This document shows positions 7,689-16,020 of a stretch of DNA of 32,000 nucleotides, piece by piece (position 1 is the stretch's first letter; each line of letters begins with the position of its first letter). The notes under the pieces are model-generated. The model made no database searches. It saw nothing but the letters and a program-made list of their open reading frames with translations, and had not been told where the DNA came from. The translations under genes were made by a program, and so were the position numbers. The stretch is from positions 30,001 to 62,000 of the forward strand of contig NZ_NVQC01000016.1 of NCBI RefSeq assembly GCF_003044035.1, in the 5' to 3' direction. The DNA comes from Candidatus Methylomirabilis limnetica (lineage in GTDB: Bacteria; Methylomirabilota; Methylomirabilia; Methylomirabilales; Methylomirabilaceae).

Positions 7689-9311
7689 CTAGAACGCCGA
7701 AGATGCGTATTTTTTTCGGAGACGGTTCCTGATCAGGATCGTTGCCAGGTTCAAGGCCAGAACGACCAGGAGAAGGAGGAGTATAGTAGTGTAGACCATC
7801 GGCCTGGCGGCGTCCACATTGGGTGATTGAAACCCGACGTCGTAGATGTGGAATCCAAGGTGCATAAACTTGCGCTCTAGATGCACGAACGGCCAGACGC
7901 CATCGATCGGAAGGGACGGGGCGAGCTTGACCACCCCGGTGATCATGAGTGGCGCAACCTCCCCGGCCGCCCGGGCCATGGCCAGGATGAGTCCCGTAAG
8001 GATTGAGGGCATGACCGTCGGCAGGACGACCCGCCAGGTCGTCTCGAACTTTGTGGCGCCCAGCGCCAGCGAGGCCTCACGCATCCCGGGCGGGATAGCC
8101 GCAAGTCCCTCCTCCGTGGCTACGATGACGACCGGGACGGTCAGGAGAGCAAGGGTCAACGAGGCCCACAAGATCCCTCCTGTCCCGAAGGTCGGGGTCG
8201 GGAGCGCTTCGGGATAGAAGAGCCGGTCGATACCTCCCCCGACGAGGTAAATGAAAAAGCCGAGACCAAAGACCCCAAAGACGATAGACGGGACGCCGGC
8301 CAGGTTATTCACGGCGATCCTGACCGTACTGACCAATATCCCCTGTTTCGCGTACTCCCGAAGGTAGAATGCGGCCAGCACACCCAGCGGTGCGACGAGG
8401 AGGCTCATGATCATCACCATCATCACCGTGCCGAATATGGCGGGGAAGACGCCACCCTCAGTGTTCGACTCCCTGGGATCGCCGGAGATGAACTCCCAGA
8501 GCCTGGACAGATACACGCCGCTCTTGGACCACACCCCCATCGAGTTCGGTCGGACGATTCGGACGATCTGCTGAAGCGGCAGATCCACCTCCTTGGAGTC
8601 GATGACCGAGACGATGAGGGTATGTTGGGAGAGCCGGCGGAACGTGGCGAGTCTTGCCTCCTGTTCGCGGTATTTGGCCGCCCAACCTTCCATCTCCTGG
8701 TTGAGCCGTGCTGCTTCTGAACCTCCCTCTTGCCCCGAGAGTGCCAGCTTCTTGAGCTTGAGGCGGATCTTCTCCTGAGCGAAGTTGATCGCCCCGATCT
8801 CTTTTTTCTCGATCCGCCTGATCTCCTTGAGCGTCGATGTCGCGTCCGGAAGGAGGGCCTGAAGAGCGCTCCAGGCCGGCTCAGGACCCTTAGCTGCGGC
8901 GCGCTCGTTGTCCCCCCGAATCTCCTTGAGAAAGCCGTAGAGATGACCCCACTCCCGTCGCTCGATGAGGACAGCCTCCGCAGGGGAGTCGCGGCGAGCG
9001 ATCATGGCCTCCTCGACCCAGACGAAGTCGGCGCCGTACAGGTCACGATTGCCGACCTTGACCTGAATCCGGTAGCGCGTGGCGGTCCCTGGGGGTGCGT
9101 CCGGTTGCGGGATCACCTCCCGTTGCATCACCTGGCCTAATAGCTCCTTGCCGTCCGACAGCGTGAGAAGCGCAATCGGCGACGGCCAAAAGAAGCCCAG
9201 CCCGTTGAGCAGCACCAGGAGGACGAGCCCGGCCACCATAAGGAGGCTGAGGGCTAATGCCCCTCCAGTGAGCCAGATGAATGGATCGCCGCTCTTCCAG
9301 AATCGCTTCAT
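7689..9311 (-). CDS. pstA: Phosphate ABC transporter permease PstA, long form with a large N-terminal periplasmic/coiled segment
   Basis: 540 aa. The C-terminal permease core has MARAAGEVAPLMITG. It overlaps the pstC stop by 4 nt (ATGA). Its position is canonical in the pstSCAB order. Confidence 0.85.
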   Translation of the reverse strand: MKRFWKSGDPFIWLTGGALALSLLMVAGLVLLVLLNGLGFFWPSPIALLTLSDGKELLGQVMQREVIPQPDAPPGTATRYRIQVKVGNRDLYGADFVWVEEAMIARRDSPAEAVLIERREWGHLYGFLKEIRGDNERAAAKGPEPAWSALQALLPDATSTLKEIRRIEKKEIGAINFAQEKIRLKLKKLALSGQEGGSEAARLNQEMEGWAAKYREQEARLATFRRLSQHTLIVSVIDSKEVDLPLQQIVRIVRPNSMGVWSKSGVYLSRLWEFISGDPRESNTEGGVFPAIFGTVMMVMIMSLLVAPLGVLAAFYLREYAKQGILVSTVRIAVNNLAGVPSIVFGVFGLGFFIYLVGGGIDRLFYPEALPTPTFGTGGILWASLTLALLTVPVVIVATEEGLAAIPPGMREASLALGATKFETTWRVVLPTVMPSILTGLILAMARAAGEVAPLMITGVVKLAPSLPIDGVWPFVHLERKFMHLGFHIYDVGFQSPNVDAARPMVYTTILLLLLVVLALNLATILIRNRLRKKYASSAF

Positions 9312-11578
9312 AGGGCGCGATACCTCTGCCGAAGCTTCAGGCGAACCAGTTCGGCCACGGTGTTCACGATGAAGGTCATCACGAAGAGCAGGAGGGCTGC
9401 CAGGAAGAGGATCCGAAAGAGCGTCCCGCCCTCAGGCGCCTCCGGGAGCTCCACGGCGATGTTGGCCGAGAGGGCCCGAAAGCCGTTGAAGATGCTCCAG
9501 TCCATCACCGGCGTATTCCCCGTGGCCATCAGGACGATCATAGTTTCGCCCACCGCCCGTCCGAAGCCGATCATGATGGCGGAGAAGATCCCCGGGCTTG
9601 CCGTCGGCAGGACTACCCTCAGCGCGGTCTGCCACCGGGTGGCGCCAAGCGCGAGCGAACCGGCCACAAGGTGTTGAGGCACGTTGGAGAGCGAATCCTC
9701 GGCAATGGTAAAAATGATCGGGATGACGGCGAAGCCCATGGCGATGCCCACAACCAGGCAGTTTCGTTGATCATAGGTGAGCCCAAGGACATTCAAGAGC
9801 CAGCCCCGATAGTCGCCTGACAGCAACAGGCGCTCGATTGTCCCACCGAGTTGGAAGGAGATCCAACCTCCGAGGATCACGATCGGGATGAGCAAGGCGA
9901 CCTCGGTGCCAGCCTTGACTCGACTGCGGACGCTAGTGGGAACGAATTGCCAGCAAAAGACGACGATCAGGATAAGGAGCGTGGTCACGATCGGCATGAG
10001 GAAGAGGCCGGGAACGACCTGTTCGACGAGGGGTGCAAGCCAAAGGCCTGCCAGGAAGCCCAGGACGACGCTCGGAAGCGCAGCCATAATCTCCACGGTC
10101 GGCTTCACGATCCCCCTGAGCGTCGGGTGCATGAACTGGGAGGTGTAAAGGGCGCCCAGGAGCGCCAGCGGAATCGCGAAGAGCAGGGCGTAGAATGTTC
10201 CTTTGATCGTCCCGAAGATGAGCGGGGCGAGGCTGAACTTCGCCTCAAAGTCGTCGGTCCCTCCAGTGGACTGCCAGACATAGGCCGGCGCAGAGTACCC
10301 TTCGTACCAGATCTTCCCGAACAGGCTCCCCCAACTGATCTCGGGGTGGGGGTTCTCCACGCTCCAGTGCGAGAAGCCCCCTTTCGCATCAACTGTCAGG
10401 ACACCGTCGACTTTGGGGGCGAAGGTGACCGCGCTGAGTCCCATATCTGCAGCCTTGAGCGTCAGCAAGGTCTTGCCCGTGGTTCCATAGTGGATGTGGA
10501 TGATGCCGGAGGCGTCCGCCGTCACAAACCCCTTATCGCGACGGGACGGGGCGAAGGCGACGACGGGCCCCGTGTGGGCCAGAAAGTCATGGACCTTCGC
10601 CAGGCGCTGCTCTTCGCCATCCGCCCGCACGAGCTGCCAGGAGCTGACGCCGCCCATCGTATCACCCACTACCAGGGTGCGGTCCCCGATCAGGAACCCC
10701 ATCGTGCTTACGCCGATCCCCGGTCGGATCGTGGCAGGGACAACGCCGGCAACCTTCGGGTCGTTCGGATTTTGCAGATCGACCCTAATGACCTGGCCGG
10801 ACGAGGTACCGGCGAACAGGTTCTCGCCGCGACCATCGAGGAGGATCTGGGTGATCTCCCCCTCGACCGGCAGAGTGAGGCGCTCACGTGACTCCTCCTT
10901 CGTGGATGGACCGATCAGGGCCGTCGTCTCCTTGACGGTGACGAGGATGAGAGCTTTTGGACCGACGGCAGCCGCTGTCATGGGCCCGTTGGGGGTGGAG
11001 GCGTAGGCGAGCCTGGCGAGCGGATGCCGATCCGGATCGACTGCGATCGGGTCGCCGGTTACTAATTCAGCTTCGACGCGGCGCCTTCCTTCCGGGAAGG
11101 TGACCGAGAATCCGACCTCAGCGGGGATCGCACGCCCATCCGAGAGTCCCAGTGCGAACTGTCCTCGTCCCAAGGCTGATGTTCCGACGACCGTGGCGCC
11201 GTGCAGTCCCTGCAGCCGGTTGGATGCCGGCACGCTGCCGTCCTTGACGGAAACGAAGTGTACGCCGGAGGCTGTCACCACGTACACGATCTCCCGGTAT
11301 TCATCCACCCCAACTGCCAGCGGGGCCGAATCGAGGCTTGTGGTGAGCGCTCCCAGCAGCACCGCTGTGGGCTTCCTGAAGAGGGGATAGACCCCATAGG
11401 CAATGATGAACAGGATTGCGAGAATGGAGACGATGATTGCCGCCCCCCCGAGCGTGACGACCCAACGGGCGAGGCGATCCAGCAGGAGGCGCCGCCTAAT
11501 CTTTTCGCGGGGGATAATAAACGGGCGAGCCGTCTGTAGCGGCTCGCCCGGTACGTCTACGTTGGTGCTGTCCTTCAT
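9308..11578 (-). CDS. pstC: Phosphate ABC transporter permease PstC, long form with a ~400-aa periplasmic domain between TM1 and the permease core
   Basis: 756 aa. The C-terminal permease core has GFGRAVGETMIVLMATGN. Position follows pstS. The N-terminal domain shows repeated beta-propeller-like blades (see findings). Confidence 0.85.
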   Translation of the reverse strand: MKDSTNVDVPGEPLQTARPFIIPREKIRRRLLLDRLARWVVTLGGAAIIVSILAILFIIAYGVYPLFRKPTAVLLGALTTSLDSAPLAVGVDEYREIVYVVTASGVHFVSVKDGSVPASNRLQGLHGATVVGTSALGRGQFALGLSDGRAIPAEVGFSVTFPEGRRRVEAELVTGDPIAVDPDRHPLARLAYASTPNGPMTAAAVGPKALILVTVKETTALIGPSTKEESRERLTLPVEGEITQILLDGRGENLFAGTSSGQVIRVDLQNPNDPKVAGVVPATIRPGIGVSTMGFLIGDRTLVVGDTMGGVSSWQLVRADGEEQRLAKVHDFLAHTGPVVAFAPSRRDKGFVTADASGIIHIHYGTTGKTLLTLKAADMGLSAVTFAPKVDGVLTVDAKGGFSHWSVENPHPEISWGSLFGKIWYEGYSAPAYVWQSTGGTDDFEAKFSLAPLIFGTIKGTFYALLFAIPLALLGALYTSQFMHPTLRGIVKPTVEIMAALPSVVLGFLAGLWLAPLVEQVVPGLFLMPIVTTLLILIVVFCWQFVPTSVRSRVKAGTEVALLIPIVILGGWISFQLGGTIERLLLSGDYRGWLLNVLGLTYDQRNCLVVGIAMGFAVIPIIFTIAEDSLSNVPQHLVAGSLALGATRWQTALRVVLPTASPGIFSAIMIGFGRAVGETMIVLMATGNTPVMDWSIFNGFRALSANIAVELPEAPEGGTLFRILFLAALLLFVMTFIVNTVAELVRLKLRQRYRAL

Positions 11579-11597
11579 AGAGATGCTCGGTGAGTCA

Positions 11598-12602
11598 TTA
11601 GAGCGCTTTGCTCAGCTCTTCCTTAGCAACGGAGCTAGGGATCGGAAAGAATCCGTCCTTGATCACGACCTCCTGCCCCTCCTTCGAGAGCACAAGCCTA
11701 ATGAACTCACTAGTGAGGGGGTCAAGGCGCTTGCTTGGCGCCCGATTGACGTAGATGAACAGAAACCGTGACAGTGGGTACTTCCCGGAATAGGCGTTGG
11801 CCGCAGTGGCCTCGCCGCACGTGCCGCCTTCTTTCTCTGCCAGTGGAACGGCCCGTACGCCGGCGGTGGTGTAGCCGATGCCACTATAGCCGATGGCGTA
11901 GCGGTCGACGGCCACCCCCTGGACCACCGAGGCCGATCCGGGCTGCTCCTTTAGCTCATCCTTGTAGTCGCCGTTCTTCAGCGCGTGATCCTTGAAGAAC
12001 CCGTACGTCCCGGAGGCCGAGTTTCGACCGAACAGACTAAGCGGGCGATTGGCCCAGTCGCCGGTTAAGCCAAGCTGACCCCAGGTCTTGATGTCTTCCT
12101 TGTGTCCGTAGCGCCTGGACTTGGAAAAGATGGCGTCTACTTGGGCAATGGTCAGACACTTTATCGGGTTGTCCTTATTCACAAATACGGCCAGGGCGTC
12201 CACGGCACTGCGGAGCTCGGTCGGCTTGTAGCCGAACTTCTTTTCAAAGGCATCGATTTCGGTCCCTTTCATGGGACGAGACATGGGACCGAGCTGAGCG
12301 GTACCGGAGATCAGCGATGGCGGAGCCGTGGAGGAGCCTTTCCCCTCAATCTGGATCTTCACATTGGGGTAAAACTTGTTGAACGTTTCGGCCCAGAACG
12401 TCATAAGATTGTTCAAGGTGTCCGATCCGACACTCGAAAGGTTGCCCGATACCCCGCTGACCGCCTTGTAGGCTGGCAGCGCCTGGTCCACCTTGAGAAC
12501 TTCGGCCACGCCAAGCACCGGCCAAAGCGAGATAGTGCCGACGATCAGCGCGAGAAGTATCGATAAACTTGGCCTGCTCATTTGCGGTTCGCTGTTTTTC
12601 AT
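11598..12602 (-). CDS. pstS: Phosphate-binding protein PstS (periplasmic, PBP type 2)
   Basis: Signal peptide, GKGSSTAPP and [10 protein letters not shown] motifs. I place the start at ATG 12602 (MKNSEPQ...) because AAGGAGA lies 7 nt upstream and the predicted -10 element and transcription start fall downstream of the longer ORF's ATG at 12626. Confidence 0.88.
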   Translation of the reverse strand: MKNSEPQMSRPSLSILLALIVGTISLWPVLGVAEVLKVDQALPAYKAVSGVSGNLSSVGSDTLNNLMTFWAETFNKFYPNVKIQIEGKGSSTAPPSLISGTAQLGPMSRPMKGTEIDAFEKKFGYKPTELRSAVDALAVFVNKDNPIKCLTIAQVDAIFSKSRRYGHKEDIKTWGQLGLTGDWANRPLSLFGRNSASGTYGFFKDHALKNGDYKDELKEQPGSASVVQGVAVDRYAIGYSGIGYTTAGVRAVPLAEKEGGTCGEATAANAYSGKYPLSRFLFIYVNRAPSKRLDPLTSEFIRLVLSKEGQEVVIKDGFFPIPSSVAKEELSKAL

Positions 12603-12628
12603 GACGGTTGGTCTCCTTTTCTCCATGA

Positions 12629-12683
12629 ATTCTACAAAAGGTGCTGTGACGGTGACGTTACGCGCATGTTACAGATATGTTAC
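12629..12683 (-). promoter_or_regulatory. Pho-box promoter of pstS: four direct hexamer repeats at exact 11-bp phasing plus a -10 element
   Basis: Plus-strand hexamers are TGTGAC (12645), CGTTAC (12656), TGTTAC (12667) and TGTTAC (12678). Read in the transcription direction: acGTAACAtat ctGTAACAtgc gcGTAACGtca ccGTCACAgca. Ten nt follow, then TAGAAT (12634-12629), then AAGGAGA and the ATG. This is the architecture of PhoB/PhoP boxes, which replace a -35 element. Confidence 0.75.
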
Positions 12684-12700
12684 GTTCCATAATCGGTCGA

Positions 12701-14200
12701 TTAGAACTGAAATTGCAGCTCGGCGATCCCTTGATGCGCGAGCTCGCCGTGCGTGCTATTGCTCATCCCGACGGCATTCCGGCCTGGCCTGAGATCGATC
12801 AGGATGTAGTTCCCCCGCAGCCGGACGCTAGGGTTGACATACCAGGTCAGTCCGAGAGTGCCGGAGCGCAACTCCATCGGCACCTCATTGGCCACGGCAG
12901 ACGTAAATGCGCCTTTGTTATCATCGACCCGTACGTGCTCGTAGCGGAGGTTGGTCAGCAGGCCATTGCGCTTGGTGCCGAAGAGCCAGTAGCCGATCGT
13001 CCCATAGCCACCCTGCATGATGAGGTGATCGAGATTGCTACCGCTCGCGCCCAAGTTGTCACGCTCCTGGGAGGCGTAGGCGTACTCCCCCTTGAGCACA
13101 AACGGGTAGAAGTCGAAGACGAGGTCGCCGCCACCAGTGACTCGGTCGCCGTTGATCCGGAAGCCGTCCTGGGTCCCGCCGACGCCGTTACCGGCCAGCC
13201 TGACGCCAGTCGGACTACCCGGGTTGAAGTTCTCAAAGCCGCCGACGACTCTCGTCACCGTATTGGCATCGGTCGCGCCGTTCCCCCTTACAATCCGGAA
13301 GGTGCGGTGGTCGGCGTTCAGCCCGATGGTGAGAGTCCCGAAGGGCATCGGGGGGGACACGGCCACTCGCCCGGTGAACTCTTTCTTCCCGTCGTTGTCG
13401 ATGGCGCACTGATCGACCCGACCGCAGCCGTTATAGATCCCCACCCCATAGTAGACAGGCATGGTGGCGAGTTTCAGCGTGCCCTCGACGGTGGCACCAA
13501 GCTGCTGCTCCGGGGACAGCGCCCTGGAGATGACTGCCCGCTCGGCGAAGTCCAGGTCCCGTGCGGAGGTGAGCATCTCGAGGCCGAATCGGGGCTTGTA
13601 CTGCCCGACGGTCACCTTGGCCCACGGCGCATACGTGTAGCTGCCCCAGCCCTCTTCGAGCCGTGTACCGATGGCACCTCCCGAGATCTCTGACTCGATG
13701 AAGAAGCCGAAGTTGTTGAAGACTTGGCCGCTCACGATGATCCGAGTACGGCGCAGCCGAAATGTGCTCGGGTCGTGCCGTGCCAGCCCTGCTGCCGTCA
13801 AATCCTGACCACCAACCACACCGGGGAACTCCTCTTCATTTCGCGCCCCTTCGATTTGCATCCAAGTCTGGACGTACCCGCGCAGGCTCAGGTTGAACTG
13901 GCCATCGGCTGACTTCAGGAAGAAGCCCTTCCCGGGCTCATACCCGGTGAGCAGTGACGAGGCCGCGGCATCTGCGGCCTTCTTCTCCACCTCCATCACG
14001 CGCCTGTCGATCTCGGTCTGTTGCGCGGTCCGGTCTTGCCGTAGCCGGTGCATCTCTTGCTGCAACTGCTGCAGTGACTGCTGCTGCGTCTCAAATACCT
14101 GCTCGAGCTCTGTGAGCTTATCGGCCCACGCGGGAGCAGGGGCGAGCAGCAAGGCGCTGCCCAAGACGACACCGCGAACCCACCACTTTCTTTGATCCAT
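12701..14200 (-). CDS. Phosphate-selective porin O/P family outer-membrane channel with an N-terminal coiled coil (paralog 1, pst-linked)
   Basis: 499 aa. It has a signal peptide (ALLLAPAPAWA), a heptad-rich segment (LTELEQVFETQQQSLQQLQQEMHRLRQDRTAQQTEIDRRVMEVEKK), then alternating beta-strand sequence ending in the aromatic ...AELQFQF. Segments such as FRLRRTRIIVSG, KVTVGQYKPRFGLE and LGLTWYVNPSVRLRGNY fit Porin_O_P. It lies immediately upstream of pstS. Confidence 0.8.
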   Translation of the reverse strand: MDQRKWWVRGVVLGSALLLAPAPAWADKLTELEQVFETQQQSLQQLQQEMHRLRQDRTAQQTEIDRRVMEVEKKAADAAASSLLTGYEPGKGFFLKSADGQFNLSLRGYVQTWMQIEGARNEEEFPGVVGGQDLTAAGLARHDPSTFRLRRTRIIVSGQVFNNFGFFIESEISGGAIGTRLEEGWGSYTYAPWAKVTVGQYKPRFGLEMLTSARDLDFAERAVISRALSPEQQLGATVEGTLKLATMPVYYGVGIYNGCGRVDQCAIDNDGKKEFTGRVAVSPPMPFGTLTIGLNADHRTFRIVRGNGATDANTVTRVVGGFENFNPGSPTGVRLAGNGVGGTQDGFRINGDRVTGGGDLVFDFYPFVLKGEYAYASQERDNLGASGSNLDHLIMQGGYGTIGYWLFGTKRNGLLTNLRYEHVRVDDNKGAFTSAVANEVPMELRSGTLGLTWYVNPSVRLRGNYILIDLRPGRNAVGMSNSTHGELAHQGIAELQFQF

Positions 14201-14363
14201 GATTCTCCTCTCTGCGTGTTGTTCGGTTGACCACCGCGCTCCCGAAGAGCGGAGCGCTTTGCTTTTGCGGGGCGCTGTACTGACCCCGCCACGGTACCCT
14301 ATATGGGGGGTACTGGCCGTTGTGGCCCGTGGACGTACTACACACTTGTGGCGCTCGCTGAGT

Positions 14364-14723
14364 TCAGGCTGACCGCTTCATGGGCAGGTCCGGCATCTGT
14401 GAGAAGCTACTTTCAAGGTCGTGGTACAATGCGTAGACCTGAAGGAAGGGATTCCAATCGAATTGCGCCCGAAGGTCGTCTTGAAGAGCGTACAGCCGGA
14501 GGGTGCCGGCCTGCGCCTTGACCTCCTGGCGGATAACGCCCAGGACGCCCAGCTCCGGGATGCCGAGCTCGTCAAGCCCGGTCAGGTTGATGACGACTTT
14601 CACGCCGTGGCGCCGCAGCAACGGCAAGAGGACTCGGTGTAACCTTGCCTCCTCGTTGTCCAGCGCCTTCCCATCAAGCCTGATGATCAGACTGCCTTTG
14701 CACTCTTTGATCCGGTATCGCAT
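14364..14723 (-). CDS. STAS-domain protein (SpoIIAA-like anti-sigma-antagonist fold)
   Basis: MRYRIKECKGSLIIRLDGKALDNEEA...VKVVINLTGLDELGIPELGVLGVIRQEVKAQAGTLRLYALQDDL follows the STAS pattern. The start is placed at 14723 (GAGGAGGAG lies 6 nt upstream) rather than at the ORF-track start 14837. Confidence 0.65.
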   Translation of the reverse strand: MRYRIKECKGSLIIRLDGKALDNEEARLHRVLLPLLRRHGVKVVINLTGLDELGIPELGVLGVIRQEVKAQAGTLRLYALQDDLRAQFDWNPFLQVYALYHDLESSFSQMPDLPMKRSA

Positions 14724-14745
14724 ACTCCGCTCCTCCTCGTTATGG

Positions 14746-14964
14746 TTACGCCGCCCGTCGTTGCCCGCCCACTGGTCGAATGCTGATGCGCAGCGTCTGC
14801 TCTTCCCTGTTGTACGAGATTCGTTCGATGGTTCCATCGATGGGGCTCAGCACAAATTGATCATCGAAATATGGAGAGAGGCCCAACAGGTAGCCCCTCT
14901 TTACCTCGCTCTTTGCGACCAGCCGGTTGTAGGAACTCGCATCCACCTTCAACGTAATCAGCAT
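14746..14964 (-). CDS. Hypothetical 72-aa protein, first gene behind a Pho-box promoter
   Basis: MLITLKVDASSYNRLVAKSEVKRGYLLGLSPYFDDQFVLSPIDGTIERISYNREEQTLRISIRPVGGQRRAA. The start is placed at 14964 because GGAGG lies 5 nt upstream and the predicted promoter overlaps the longer ORF's start at 15000. I recognise no family. Confidence 0.5.
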   Translation of the reverse strand: MLITLKVDASSYNRLVAKSEVKRGYLLGLSPYFDDQFVLSPIDGTIERISYNREEQTLRISIRPVGGQRRAA

Positions 14965-14986
14965 GTCATCCTCCTTTTTGACCGAC

Positions 14987-15029
14987 ATCCTAACCGTCAT
15001 GTGTTACGACCGTATGAAGGATCGGTGAC
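14987..15029 (-). promoter_or_regulatory. Second Pho-box-type promoter, upstream of the 72-aa/STAS/porin genes
   Basis: In the transcription direction: gcGTCACCgat ccTTCATAcgg tcGTAACAc, with plus-strand hexamers at 15024, 15013 and 15002 (11-bp phasing). Nine nt follow, then TAGGAT (14992-14987), then AAAAAGGAGG-N5-ATG. The geometry matches the pstS promoter. Confidence 0.6.
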
Positions 15030-15196
15030 GCCAGAGTAAATTCGACTATCCGGATTGACTTGCTGGAAACACGTGGTGTACTCTCTGTGCTCGTTTCGGA
15101 TTGATCTGTATCACCTCTGGCACCTGCGTTGCCCACCCCCCACGGCGGAGGTGAGTAGTTCAGTAGGCTCCAGCACCGTGCAGAAGGAGAGATCGC

Positions 15197-15589
15197 ATGG
15201 GAAAGTCGATGACGTCGATGATGACGGGATTAGCGGTGATGTTCGTCGCGGGGCTCTCTGTCGGCTGGGCGCAGCAGGCCACGGTCACGCTCGTGTCGCC
15301 GAAGGATGGGGACGTCATAGGTTCCCGCATGGTGATCCAGTGGGAGTTCAAGCCGGCGGGGGAGGTCAACCACATCCATCTCTACCTGGACGGGGCCAAC
15401 CCGGGGCCACCGTTTGGGACCTCAATGGAACTCACGGGCCTCTCGAACGGGCCGCACATCGTCAGGATCGTCGCGGCGAATCCGCGCCACCAAGAGATCG
15501 GCCCTGAGGCCAGCGCGAAAGTGACTGTGCAGGGCGCGGCGGCGCCGACCACGCCACTGCCAGCCCCCAGGCGGAGCCGAGCGTACTAG
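15197..15589 (+). CDS. Secreted small beta-sandwich protein, DUF4399-like (family assignment tentative)
   Basis: 130 aa. Signal peptide MGKSMTSMMTGLAVMFVAGLSVGWA, then TLVSPKDGDVIGSRMVIQWEF...VNHIHLYLDG...LSNGPHIVRIVAANPRHQ, resembling the SP-x-DG ... H-x-H-L-x-x-D ... G-x-H pattern. AGGAGAG lies upstream of the ATG. Confidence 0.6.
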   Translation: MGKSMTSMMTGLAVMFVAGLSVGWAQQATVTLVSPKDGDVIGSRMVIQWEFKPAGEVNHIHLYLDGANPGPPFGTSMELTGLSNGPHIVRIVAANPRHQEIGPEASAKVTVQGAAAPTTPLPAPRRSRAY

Positions 15590-15776
15590 CTGCTGGGCTC
15601 CGAGGGACGCGGGGACCGGCTGAGCCCTCCGAATCCTGGGCGCCTCGTGACCCTCCTGTTCCTCGGCTCGCCTATCCTATGTTAAGCTGCCGTCCTCTGC
15701 TACGCCCGGCCTCTTCGGTCACACCCCCTCCTGTGGACTCCCCGGATGGCGGATTCGTGGTTGAAATCTACACCGC
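15261..15776 (+). repeat. Segmental direct repeat, copy 1 (most of the 15197 gene plus its 3' flank)
   Basis: 15261-15589 aligns without gaps to 17095-17423 (constant offset 1834). The first ~175 nt are identical, and the few substitutions cluster in the last third. The 3' flanks continue to match (ccggctgagccctccgaa..., cctcttcggtcacaccccctcctgtggactccccggatgg...) up to 15776 / 17708. Confidence 0.9.
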
Positions 15777-15851
15777 GATGTCAAGGAGGGCATCCCCGCT
15801 GTGACCTTGTCCGTCCTTTCCCACGCTGTCGAGCTACCCGGTTGCCGGATT

Positions 15852-16020
15852 CCAGAGTATCAGGAGACCGGAAAACGGATCGTAGAGATTGTGACGGCTG
15901 CGGCGCAGAAGGATCTGCTGGGACCGGGCGTCCTCTCGATTGTCAGCCCGATCCTGGTCGCGTTCGCCTTCGGAGCGCCGACGCTGGGCGGCTTCCTTCC
16001 AGGAGCGATCCTCACCACCT
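15852..16020 (+). pseudogene. Internal fragment of a membrane H+-translocating pyrophosphatase (V-PPase, hppA-like)
   Basis: PEYQETGKRIVEIVTAAAQKDLLGPGVLSIVSPILVAFAFGAPTLGGFLPGAILTT matches the PDY..CV.I.T.AAL.EMI.PG.L....PI.VGF..G...LGG.L.G region of V-PPases. Nothing on either side continues the homology. Confidence 0.55.

Noticed and set aside
12603-12626. Longer starts offered by the ORF track for pstS (12626), the STAS gene (14837), the 72-aa gene (15000) and arsC (20715)
   Set aside because: In each case an internal ATG has a strong Shine-Dalgarno sequence at proper spacing. The upstream extension is either non-homologous filler or overlaps the predicted promoter.
14236-14267. GC hairpin GCGCTCC-N8-GGAGCGC followed by TTTGCTTTTG, resembling an intrinsic terminator
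   Set aside because: The U-tract is on the + strand, but both neighbouring genes (STAS, porin) are on the minus strand and no + strand gene ends there. On the minus strand there is no U-tract. It might be an attenuator, an antisense terminator or a repeat remnant; not callable.
15050-15135. Direct CGGATTGA repeats (15050, 15097) and CTGTATC-acct-CTGGCAC as a possible Pho box for the 15197 gene
   Set aside because: The match to the local GT[AC]AC repeat is poor and no -10 element lies at the expected distance. A simpler TTGACT-N18-TACTCT sigma70-like promoter is also only weak.
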